Shown here piece by piece: positions 56,026 to 63,899 of a DNA stretch of 64,000 bases. The DNA is from Oscillospiraceae bacterium. GTDB taxonomy: Bacteria > Bacillota > Clostridia > Oscillospirales > Ruminococcaceae. Location: contig JAFQLH010000035.1 in NCBI GenBank assembly GCA_017396665.1, positions 3,206-67,205 on the forward strand, given 5' to 3'. Position 1 is the stretch's first letter. The number at the start of each line of letters is the position of its first letter. Under the pieces are notes generated by a model. It worked only from the letters and a program-made list of their open reading frames with translations. It had not been told where the DNA came from and made no database searches. Position numbers and translations under genes: made by a program.

Positions 56026-57096
56026 TTACAGTAAAAACAGAAGCAGAACGAAAATAAGTATGCTTGGAATACCTGTGAACAAGCAGAGCTTAAGGTAGTC
56101 AATCGGAAGGTTTCCGATGAATTTTCCTGTCTGACCGTTCATTGCAAAGAAGTAGTCTTTATCCTTGTACTTGGTGTAAAGAAGCCATGTAGGTAAAAGA
56201 GCATATTCGGTCTTTTCAACGTCAAGCTTATGAAGATACTGCTGAACGTTTACGTCATCATACTGACAAGTCTTTACGAGCTCGTCACGGCCTGTGTTTA
56301 CAATTCTCTCAGAAGCTCTGTTAATGCAGGTGTCCTTGTCCTCATCGAATCTTTCAGCAAGATATCCTGCAAGATAACCGATGTTGAAAGGAACCATTTC
56401 CTTGAAATCGTATGGCTCGATAGAGTCCATAGCAGCGTCTTCTGTCTTCTTTGAAGCGTCAACAGGAACCTTTTCGAAAGAGAGGGAGCCCTCTCTGAAA
56501 ACATTGTGGTGGTGAGATTCTGTAATCTCATAGTCCCCGCTTCTGTGACGTCTCTTATTAATACCGTCAGCCTTGATTGAGCCTGTGAGTGTGCCCGAAT
56601 AAAGCCAGAACGGAATATATACGCCCTGAATCTTGTCTACAACCTTGTCACAATCGAAATCCTTTGGTGTAAGAGGCTTTTTGCTGAATTCCTTGAAGGA
56701 ATTCATAACCTTGGATTTGTCAATCTTGAATGGTATAACATATTCAGGCTTGAAGTCTCCTATAACCTGCTCGGTCATAATTACCGGGTTAGAGCAGTAT
56801 ACACAGATTGTAGCTGCAGTAGCTCTGTCTGTGATAATTTCTGCACCGCAGTGTGAGCATCTGTACTGAACAAGGTCACTGCCGACAGTTCCGTCAGTAG
56901 ACTGGTACTGGCTCTTGTCACCCTCAAGCTCCTGATGCTTGTCAACCTTTTCTTCGTTTAATTCGTTTTTACCTGCAGCATCAAGCTGTTCGAGTGTGAA
57001 CACATCATCGCAGTATTTGCAGGTCCAGTTTTGAGTTTCGGCAGAGAACTGAAGGTCGCCACCGCAGGTTAAACATTTATAAATTACATTTCCCAT
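56026..57096 (-). CDS. Double zinc-ribbon protein with a C-terminal TM anchor (YdjG-like)
   Basis: 356 aa with CLTCG-x15-CKYC and CSHCG-x15-CVYC ribbons at the N-terminus, a central soluble domain (YIPFWLY, NGQTGKF) and a C-terminal hydrophobic helix (LCLFTGIPSILIFVLLLFLL). An AGGAGG RBS lies upstream. Confidence 0.65.
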   Translation of the reverse strand: MGNVIYKCLTCGGDLQFSAETQNWTCKYCDDVFTLEQLDAAGKNELNEEKVDKHQELEGDKSQYQSTDGTVGSDLVQYRCSHCGAEIITDRATAATICVYCSNPVIMTEQVIGDFKPEYVIPFKIDKSKVMNSFKEFSKKPLTPKDFDCDKVVDKIQGVYIPFWLYSGTLTGSIKADGINKRRHRSGDYEITESHHHNVFREGSLSFEKVPVDASKKTEDAAMDSIEPYDFKEMVPFNIGYLAGYLAERFDEDKDTCINRASERIVNTGRDELVKTCQYDDVNVQQYLHKLDVEKTEYALLPTWLLYTKYKDKDYFFAMNGQTGKFIGNLPIDYLKLCLFTGIPSILIFVLLLFLL

Positions 57097-57110
57097 ACAG
57101 CGTCAGCCTC

Positions 57111-57356
57111 CTAGTTATTAATTTTACGACGTGTTGTAGTGGTGTGAGAGAATACGTCGCTTTTTCCTGTAAGCTTAAGCTGACTTGAAATATACTTTTC
57201 AGCCCTTGTAGCCTTTATCTTAGTCCTGCTCTGTGCAAGCAGGGAAACAGCTATAATTATTCCGGCGAGAACTGATATACCAAGTGCAAGCAACGGGTTA
57301 TCAGAACTCATCATTGTAGCATTCGAAACAAGTGCGAAGTAAATACTATTTAACAT
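57111..57356 (-). CDS. Small single-pass membrane protein (81 aa), first gene of the SPFH/zinc-ribbon operon
   Basis: MLNSIYFALVSNATMMSSDNPLLALGISVLAGIIIAVSLLAQSRTK... ATG 57356 follows a GAGAGGGG RBS and lies downstream of the promoter. The track start at 57440 lies upstream of the promoter, so I reject it. Confidence 0.5.
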   Translation of the reverse strand: MLNSIYFALVSNATMMSSDNPLLALGISVLAGIIIAVSLLAQSRTKIKATRAEKYISSQLKLTGKSDVFSHTTTTRRKINN

Positions 57357-57389
57357 CAGAAATAAACCCCTCTCGTCAAATCTGAGTTT

Positions 57390-57418
57390 AGTATAACATA
57401 TTGCCGTAAAAAAGTCAA
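57390..57418 (-). promoter_or_regulatory. Promoter of the SPFH/zinc-ribbon operon: TTGACT-17-TGtTATACT (extended -10)
   Basis: The reverse complement reads ttgact tttttacggcaatatgt tatact. The predicted TSS is about 27 nt upstream of ATG 57356. Confidence 0.65.
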
Positions 57419-57545
57419 TGTTTTTCCTTGATTTTTGCAAAAAAATATATTATATTTACTCCGCGGCGGTATATATGTGTTTGTGACAATATAATTTACC
57501 TTTTGGTTTGCGGGGCTCAGCGAAGCCATATAATCGTTAAAATCA

Positions 57546-57574
57546 TTGATTTTACAAAGAAATTGTGTTATACT
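57546..57574 (+). promoter_or_regulatory. Promoter for thiN: TTGATT-17-TGtTATACT (extended -10)
   Basis: ttgatt ttacaaagaaattgtgt tatact. The track's GTG start at 57565 lies inside the spacer. Confidence 0.6.
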
Positions 57575-57606
57575 TAGAAAGGCTTTTGTCAAAGGAGGTG
57601 TCCCGT

Positions 57607-58254
57607 GTGAATCGGAAATGTTTTATGTATTGTGCAGGAAGCTATTACGATGGATATGTAATTCCGTCTGAAGCTGACTTTATAGTTGCGGTGGACGGTG
57701 GATATGAGCATCTGAAGAATCTTGGAATAAAGCCGCAGCTTGCAGTAGGTGATTTTGATTCGCTGGGATTTGTTCCGCAGAATGTTGAAACAGTATGTCA
57801 TCCTGCTGTAAAGGATGATACAGATACTGTTCTTGCGGCAAAGCTTATGCTTGAAAAGGGTTATAAGAATTTTTATATATTCGCTGCATTCGGTGGCAGG
57901 GAAGACCACTCCTACGCAAATTATCAGCTTCTCACATGGCTTTCAAGACGGGGCGCAGATGTTTTTGCGTTTGATGACGGGTATGCATATACTGCTGTTC
58001 ACAATGCAACAATTATATTTGATAAATGCTATGAAGGTGTTGTTTCAACCTTCTGTGCAGGAGAAGTCGCTCAGGGCGTTACAATGACAGGACTCAAATA
58101 TACGCTTGATAACGCTATGCTTACCTGTGATAATCCTACAGGTGTAAGCAATGAATTTATAGGTGAGAGTGCAACAATCTCTGTAAAAGAGGGCACACTC
58201 TTGGTAATGTTTGAAAGAAAAAGTGATATTACACTTCCTTTGATAATCAGATAG
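57607..58254 (+). CDS. thiN: Thiamine diphosphokinase
   Basis: It has FIVAVDGGYEHL, AVGDFDS and KDDTD motifs. GTG 57607 lies 8 nt after an AAAGGAGG RBS. Confidence 0.85.
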   Translation: MNRKCFMYCAGSYYDGYVIPSEADFIVAVDGGYEHLKNLGIKPQLAVGDFDSLGFVPQNVETVCHPAVKDDTDTVLAAKLMLEKGYKNFYIFAAFGGREDHSYANYQLLTWLSRRGADVFAFDDGYAYTAVHNATIIFDKCYEGVVSTFCAGEVAQGVTMTGLKYTLDNAMLTCDNPTGVSNEFIGESATISVKEGTLLVMFERKSDITLPLIIR

Positions 58255-58302
58255 ACAAAAGAAATTTTTACAGGAGGAACCCGTTAGTGCGGGCGGTTTG
58301 AT

Positions 58303-59028
58303 ATGAATCTCGAAAAAAGACTTTACGGATATGATACAGAAATAGATTTTTATGATATTGACTATCTCCATAGAATGAAGCTTTCTTCACTTCTCAGAAT
58401 ATTTGCAAGACTTGCAGGGGAAGACTATACTGACAGAGGTATGAGCCACGTGTTTTTAAAGGAACACGGATATGTATTTCTTGTTTCAAAGGTTGCTTAT
58501 AAAATTTACCGTATGCCTGTAATGGAGGAGAAGGTCAGAGTCAATACATGGGTTATTGGCACAAAGGGTGCAAAGTTCTTCAGAGGCTACGAGATGCTCT
58601 CTGAGAACGGTGAAAAGCTCGTAGAAGCCGAATCTGTCTGGATTTGCGTTGAGCCTGAAACACGTTCAATTGTACGTCCTTCAAGCTTTGAATGGCAGGT
58701 AGAGCCTCTTGATAAAGAAGAACTCAGCGTGCATTGCAAGAATATCAGAGCAGAGGAAATCCCGCTGTATAAGAGCCGGGAGCTTGTAATAAGCGATATC
58801 GACGGAAACGGACACCTCAACAACGCTATCTATGCCGATATAATTACAAATGCACTCACAAAGCAGGAGTTTGAAAGCGAAATCAGTGAAGTATACCTCA
58901 ACTACTCCCACGAAGCATATCTCGGCGAAACGCTCGATATCTATAAGGGTAGCTCAGAGGACGGAATGACCATGCTCGCAAAAGTGGGAGAACGCCCTTG
59001 CTTTGAATGTATACTGAAATTCAGATAA
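58303..59028 (+). CDS. Acyl-ACP thioesterase
   Basis: 241 aa. It has the double hot-dog pattern, YDIDYLHRMKLSSLLRIF, and DIDGNGHLNNAIY in the second half. Confidence 0.8.
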   Translation: MNLEKRLYGYDTEIDFYDIDYLHRMKLSSLLRIFARLAGEDYTDRGMSHVFLKEHGYVFLVSKVAYKIYRMPVMEEKVRVNTWVIGTKGAKFFRGYEMLSENGEKLVEAESVWICVEPETRSIVRPSSFEWQVEPLDKEELSVHCKNIRAEEIPLYKSRELVISDIDGNGHLNNAIYADIITNALTKQEFESEISEVYLNYSHEAYLGETLDIYKGSSEDGMTMLAKVGERPCFECILKFR

Positions 59029-59029
59029 T

Positions 59030-59051
59030 TCACAAAGCTTTCACAAAGCTT
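59030..59051 (+). repeat. Perfect tandem duplication of an 11-mer (tcacaaagctt x2)
   Basis: The two copies at 59030-59040 and 59041-59051 are identical, immediately 3' of the thioesterase stop codon. Confidence 0.9.
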
Positions 59052-59127
59052 GCGTATAACTACCATAAAGAAGTGCAATAATATATGTGGATTCAAAAAT
59101 CCCCCTCCAATTATTAAAGTAGTAAAA

Positions 59128-59163
59128 AGCGGCAAGCATACATTAGCTTGCCGTACTTTTTTT
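59128..59163 (+). terminator. Rho-independent terminator
   Basis: cggcaagc-atacatta-gcttgccg forms an 8-bp stem followed by tacttttttt. It ends 12 nt before the next ATG. Confidence 0.75.
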
Positions 59164-59174
59164 GAGGTAATAAA

Positions 59175-59987
59175 ATGATTATAGATTTTCATACACATCT
59201 TTTCCCTGATAAAATAGCACCTAAAGCCAGACAGCAGCTAATAAACAACGGGCTCAGATTCGGTAATGTCCTTGAAGCCTGTACAGAAATGACATTGAAA
59301 AGCCTTATTTCAAGAATGAATGAGTGGGGGATAGACCTGTCGCTGGTTCTTCCTATTGCAACAAAGCCATCGCAGACAAGGCATATAAACGAGTTTGCAG
59401 CCTCTCTTTCTCAATCAAGTGAAGGAAAGCTTATGTCCTTCGGCAGTATCCACCCCGACTGTGACAACTGGAAGGAAGAAATAGATAATGTTGTTTCTTT
59501 AGGGCTCAAAGGTCTCAAGTTCCACGCAGAGTATCAGGACTTTACACTCGACGAGCCGAGAATGATAAGAATATATGACTATGCCTTTTCTAAAGGACTT
59601 ATAATAATCCACCACGCAGGAGTAGACCTCGGTATGCCTGCACCGTACCATACAAGCCCACAGCAGTTTGCGTTTGTTGCAAAGGAGCTCAAGGGCGGAG
59701 TTTTGATTGCCGCACACCTTGGTGGACACGGACAATGGGACGATGTTGAAAAATACATTGTCGGAAGCAACATCTATCTCGATACATCTATGGGCCAGCA
59801 GTATTATCCGAAGGAGCAGTTCCTGAGGTTTGTAAAAAACCACGGCAGCGATAAGATTCTGTTTGCCTCAGACTCACCTTGGAGCAGGGCAGACAAAGAA
59901 ATCAATATAATAAATTCTCTCCCGCTTACCGAGAAAGAAAAGAAGAATATCTTCTGCGATAACGCAAAGCGACTTTTGAAGATATAA
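59175..59987 (+). CDS. Amidohydrolase-family (TIM-barrel metal-dependent hydrolase) protein
   Basis: 270 aa with the MIIDFHTHLFPDKIA N-terminal HxH metal motif, and later HHAG, AHLGG and FASDSPW. Confidence 0.75.
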   Translation: MIIDFHTHLFPDKIAPKARQQLINNGLRFGNVLEACTEMTLKSLISRMNEWGIDLSLVLPIATKPSQTRHINEFAASLSQSSEGKLMSFGSIHPDCDNWKEEIDNVVSLGLKGLKFHAEYQDFTLDEPRMIRIYDYAFSKGLIIIHHAGVDLGMPAPYHTSPQQFAFVAKELKGGVLIAAHLGGHGQWDDVEKYIVGSNIYLDTSMGQQYYPKEQFLRFVKNHGSDKILFASDSPWSRADKEINIINSLPLTEKEKKNIFCDNAKRLLKI

Positions 59988-59992
59988 AATTA

Positions 59993-60029
59993 CAGCGCCG
60001 ATTCCCAAACGGAATTGACGCTGTTTTTC
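59993..60029 (+). terminator. Hairpin plus T-tract between the convergent amidohydrolase and pepF genes
   Basis: cagcg..attcc-caaac-ggaat..cgctg forms an interrupted stem followed by tttttcttg. Confidence 0.5.
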
Positions 60030-60034
60030 TTGTG

Positions 60035-61834
60035 TTATTTCATAAGCTCTTCAAGCTCGTCAATAAGCTCTCCGAACAGGGAAAGTGCCTCTGTAATCGG
60101 TGCGGTAGTGTTCATGTCAACACCTGCATCGCAAAGAAGCTCAATTGGTGTCTTTGAACAGCCACCCTTCAGAAAGCCTTTGTAAGCCTGGGCTGCCTGT
60201 GCTCCACCGCTTAAAATCTTTCTTGATAAAGCAATCGCTGCGGAATAGCCTGTCGCATACTGATATACATAGAAGTTATAGTAGAAATGCGGGATTCTTG
60301 CCCATTCCATCGCAATCTCATCATCAATCACAATGTCATCACCGAAATACAGCTTGTTTAAATCTCTGTAAATCGAGCAAAGGGTCTCTTCGGTAAGACT
60401 CTCGCCATTCTCAGAAAGCTCATTTATCTTAAGCTCAAATTCAGCAAACATTGTCTGTCTGTAAAGAGTTGTGCGGAACTGCTCAAGGAAATAGTTTATA
60501 AGATAAGCCCTGCGTCTCTTGTCGGTAGCCTTGTTCAGCAGGCTTTCCATAAGAAGTGCTTCATTGCAGGTTGAAGCAACCTCTGCCACAAAGATTACAT
60601 AGTCACTGTAGCAAACAGGCTGATGCTTGTTTGAAAGATAGGAGTGAATAGCATGACCCATCTCGTGGGCAAGAGTAAACTCGCTGTCAAGCGTGCCCTT
60701 GTAGTTTAGCAGAACATAAGGGTGAACCCTCGCACCTGCAGAATATGCACCGCTGCACTTTCCGACATTTTCGTATACGTCAATCCAGCGGTTCTCAAAG
60801 CCTTCTTTGAGAATATCTTTGTAATCCTCACCAAGCGGCGAGACGGATTCCAAAACCTCTTTCTTTGCATCCTCGTATGAAATCTTTACATCACAGTCGT
60901 TTACAATAGGAGTGTAAAGGTCGTAGAAGTGAAGCTCGTCAACACCGAGAAGCTTCTTTCTCAGACGAACGTATCTGTACATGTAATCCATATTCTCGTG
61001 TACAGCGTTTATGAGGTTCTTGTATACCGAAACAGGTATCTCCGTTGAATCAAGTGCCGCCTCAAGATTTGAGCCGTACTTTCTTGCCTTGGAGTAAAAG
61101 CAAAGCTTCTTGGTCTGTGCGGAAAGAATTGCCGCAGCCGTGTTTTTGAAGCTTCCATAGGTTTCGTACATCGCCATGAAAGCGTTCTTTCTGAGCTCTC
61201 TGTCTGCCGAATGCATAAGCGGAATGTAGCTTCCGTGAGTGAGCTGATGAGTGTTACCTTCACTGTCCTTTACGTCAGGGAAGGTGAGGTCTGCATCACT
61301 GAACATACTGTAAATCTGTTCAGGAGCTCCTGCCATCTCACTGCTCATTGAAAGAAGCTTTTCTTCAGCATCGGAAAGAATGTGCTCTCTCTTTTTTCTG
61401 AGCCTGTCAAGTGAAAGCCTGTACAGCTCAAGCTCAGGTTCCTCATCGTAGAAGGAAGCAAGCTTTTCATCACTTATAGAAAGGATTTCAGGAGAAACAA
61501 ACGCACAGGCACTGTTTACAGAAACAGCAGCAGAAATATATCTTGAGCAGAAATCCTGATACCTTGTGTTCTGTGTGTTCTCATCGCTTTTTCTCTGTGC
61601 ATAGTTTCCAAGTGCATCAGCAAGCACGGAAACCTCATCATCAAGCTTTAAAAATTCAAAAAGAGCCTTAGCTGATTTGCTTATCTTACCCCTGTAGGTG
61701 GAAAGCGTATTTGCGTATTCCTTGAGCTTTATAAGGTCATTTTCCCAAAGCTCGTCCGTTGCGTAAATATCTTCAATAGCCCATTTGTCAGTAGAAGCAA
61801 TTTCCTCTCTGAGCGGAATTTTCTTTTCGTCCAT
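60035..61834 (-). CDS. pepF: Oligoendopeptidase F (M3B)
   Basis: 599 aa with a TLAHEMGHAIHS zinc motif and the overall length and pattern of PepF. Confidence 0.9.
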   Translation of the reverse strand: MDEKKIPLREEIASTDKWAIEDIYATDELWENDLIKLKEYANTLSTYRGKISKSAKALFEFLKLDDEVSVLADALGNYAQRKSDENTQNTRYQDFCSRYISAAVSVNSACAFVSPEILSISDEKLASFYDEEPELELYRLSLDRLRKKREHILSDAEEKLLSMSSEMAGAPEQIYSMFSDADLTFPDVKDSEGNTHQLTHGSYIPLMHSADRELRKNAFMAMYETYGSFKNTAAAILSAQTKKLCFYSKARKYGSNLEAALDSTEIPVSVYKNLINAVHENMDYMYRYVRLRKKLLGVDELHFYDLYTPIVNDCDVKISYEDAKKEVLESVSPLGEDYKDILKEGFENRWIDVYENVGKCSGAYSAGARVHPYVLLNYKGTLDSEFTLAHEMGHAIHSYLSNKHQPVCYSDYVIFVAEVASTCNEALLMESLLNKATDKRRRAYLINYFLEQFRTTLYRQTMFAEFELKINELSENGESLTEETLCSIYRDLNKLYFGDDIVIDDEIAMEWARIPHFYYNFYVYQYATGYSAAIALSRKILSGGAQAAQAYKGFLKGGCSKTPIELLCDAGVDMNTTAPITEALSLFGELIDELEELMK

Positions 61835-61892
61835 TTGTATACCTCCGGTGTAGCAGACACTTTGTCTGACTGCGTTATTCTGAACAATAAAT

Positions 61893-61921
61893 ATTATACC
61901 CCATTGTCATACTTTAGTCAA
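61893..61921 (-). promoter_or_regulatory. Promoter for pepF: TTGACT-17-TATAAT
   Basis: The reverse complement reads ttgact aaagtatgacaatgggg tataat. Confidence 0.65.
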
Positions 61922-61940
61922 TTGTGAGCTGAAAAACTTC

Positions 61941-61969
61941 TTGAAAAATGATAGACTGTGTGATATAAT
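61941..61969 (+). promoter_or_regulatory. Promoter for pyrE: TTGAAA-17-TGaTATAAT
   Basis: ttgaaa aatgatagactgtgtga tataat. It lies back-to-back with the pepF promoter. Confidence 0.65.
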
Positions 61970-62013
61970 ATCTTTAGCGCAAAGTCTATTACTTTTGAAA
62001 GGAATTGAAAACA

Positions 62014-62673
62014 ATGACCTACAAGGAAGAGTTTATTAAGTTTATGGCAGATAGCGGAGTTCTCACATTCGGTGACTTTACTCTCAAGAGCGGAAGAAAG
62101 GCTCCTTATTTCATCAATGCCGGTAATTATAAGACAGGCGCTCAGCTTGCTAAGCTCGGCGGATTCTATGCTGAATGTATTAAGGAAAACGGCATCGAGG
62201 TAGAAACACTCTTTGGCCCTGCATATAAGGGAATTCCACTCGCTGTTTCTGCAGCAACAGCCCTCTACAACAAGTTCGGTATTGATGTTTCCTACTGCTT
62301 TGACAGAAAGGAAGTAAAGGACCACGGCGAAGGCGGTATGTTCGTAGGAAAGTCACTTTCTGACGGTGATAAGGTTGTTATTATCGAAGACGTTATGACA
62401 TCAGGAAAGGCTCTTAGAGAGGTTCTTCCAAAGCTTAAGGGTGAAGCTGATGTTGATATTACAGGTATGATTATCACTGTAGACCGTATGGAAAAGGCAC
62501 TCGACAGTGAGCAGTCTGCTGTACAGAATGCATATTCTGAGTTCGGTGTTAAGGTGTTCTCAATCGTAACAATGGAGGATATCATTGACGCTATCGAAAA
62601 CGGTGTCGTAGAAGGTAAGGAATACCTCGACGCTATGAGAGCTTACAGAGCTCAGTATGGTGCAAAGTATTAA
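62014..62673 (+). CDS. pyrE: Orotate phosphoribosyltransferase
   Basis: It has FGDFTLKSGRKAPYF, GPAYKGIPLA and VIIEDVMTSG (PRPP-binding). ATG 62014 (MTYKEEF) is preferred over the track TTG 62005, which overlaps the AAAGGA RBS region. Confidence 0.9.
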   Translation: MTYKEEFIKFMADSGVLTFGDFTLKSGRKAPYFINAGNYKTGAQLAKLGGFYAECIKENGIEVETLFGPAYKGIPLAVSAATALYNKFGIDVSYCFDRKEVKDHGEGGMFVGKSLSDGDKVVIIEDVMTSGKALREVLPKLKGEADVDITGMIITVDRMEKALDSEQSAVQNAYSEFGVKVFSIVTMEDIIDAIENGVVEGKEYLDAMRAYRAQYGAKY

Positions 62674-62693
62674 AAATAAGCCGTTTTAGGCAA

Positions 62694-62730
62694 GAAAAAA
62701 AGGACTGTGAAACGCAGTCCTTTGTAGTTT
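62694..62730 (+). terminator. Rho-independent terminator after pyrE
   Basis: aaggactg-tgaaacg-cagtcctt forms an 8-bp stem preceded by an A-tract and followed by tgtagttt. Confidence 0.65.
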
Positions 62731-62909
62731 AAAACAAACACAACAAAATCAAAATTTGGAGAGGATGAAACGAGTATTACACTCCTCACTTACTATTATA
62801 ACACATCGAAAAGTGTGTGCAACAACAATTTCATTACAATTGATGACAATTTGATTACATCACCATTGTGTTGTTTACAAAACAAAAATCATTCTCTCGG
62901 AGGATTAAA

Positions 62910-63857
62910 ATGGATTTAGCATTTCTCTTGTTCCAGAAGGTACTTGTAATGCTTGCTTTCCTGATAATCGGATGTGTCTGCTACAAAATCAAGTTCATCA
63001 CAGACGAAGGAAATAAGAGTGTTACAAACCTTGTAATGTATATTTTCACCCCTGCAATGATACTTGTGTCATTCCAGCAGGAGTTTTCAATGAAGCTTCT
63101 TAAAGGCCTTGGCGTAACAATGGCACTTAGCTGTGTCGGATATCTGCTTATTATTATCGTAACGTATTTGCTTATAAGAAAAAAAGGCTTCAGCGGTAAG
63201 GTCAATCCTGACTGTGAGATTCATAGATTCGCTGCAATATATTCAAATTGCGGATTTATGGGCATCCCGCTTGCAAGTGAGCTTTTCGGACCTGAAGGGG
63301 TCTTCTACATTACGGCGTTCCATTCTGTTTTTACGCTTCTTGTGTGGACACATGGCGTTTATCTGATAACAGGAAGCAAAAAAGATATCTCAATCAAAAA
63401 GGTTATATTAAACCCTTCTGTTATAGCAACTATCGTGGGGATTGTGCTTTTTGCTCTTAATTTCAAAATGCCTGAGCTTCTGAGCTCCGCAATGGGAAAT
63501 ATGAGTAGCTCAGTAGGACCGCTCGGTATGATTATTGCAGGTGTAGCTATAGCAAAATCTAACGTCGTGTCAGCAGTAAAGAACGTAAGAATTTACTTTG
63601 TCGCACTCATGAAGCTTATCGTAACACCGCTTATCCTGGCGCTCGTGCTTACAGGTGTTTTCAGAAAGCTCGGTGTCGATGAAACCGCACTCTATACCAC
63701 GACGCTCGCATTCTCTTGCCCGACTGCTACAATCGGTACGATGTTTGCAATTAAGTTTGACAAGAATGCTGAAACCTCTGCACAGATTTATGCACTCACA
63801 ACTGTACTGTCGGTAGTTACAATGCCACTTGTAATCTACCTGCAAAGTCTTATATAA
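62910..63857 (+). CDS. AEC (auxin efflux carrier) family transporter
   Basis: About 315 aa, polytopic and hydrophobic throughout. ATG 62910 (MDLAFLLFQKV) lies 7 nt after a GGAGG RBS. The track start at 62868 lacks an RBS. Confidence 0.8.
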   Translation: MDLAFLLFQKVLVMLAFLIIGCVCYKIKFITDEGNKSVTNLVMYIFTPAMILVSFQQEFSMKLLKGLGVTMALSCVGYLLIIIVTYLLIRKKGFSGKVNPDCEIHRFAAIYSNCGFMGIPLASELFGPEGVFYITAFHSVFTLLVWTHGVYLITGSKKDISIKKVILNPSVIATIVGIVLFALNFKMPELLSSAMGNMSSSVGPLGMIIAGVAIAKSNVVSAVKNVRIYFVALMKLIVTPLILALVLTGVFRKLGVDETALYTTTLAFSCPTATIGTMFAIKFDKNAETSAQIYALTTVLSVVTMPLVIYLQSLI

Positions 63858-63861
63858 AATC

Positions 63862-63899
63862 AAAGCTCTGTATATCATAACGATATGCAGAGCTTTTTG
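63862..63899. terminator. Bidirectional terminator (15-bp stem) between convergent genes
   Basis: aaagctctgtatatc-ataac-gatatgcagagcttt has one G:U pair and is followed by ttgt. The stop of the minus-strand gene lies at 63900. Confidence 0.8.

Noticed and set aside
57356-57592. 78-aa minus-strand ORF, and the N-terminal 28 codons of the 109-aa track ORF, in the divergent promoter region.
   Set aside because: They lie upstream of, or across, the two mapped promoters (57390-57418 minus, 57546-57574 plus). They have no RBS and an AT-rich, low-complexity translation.
62731-62909. AT-rich region with repeated acaatt/ttgat motifs upstream of the AEC transporter, examined for a promoter or riboswitch.
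   Set aside because: No -35/-10 pair with acceptable spacing and no recognisable riboswitch core could be supported from sequence alone.
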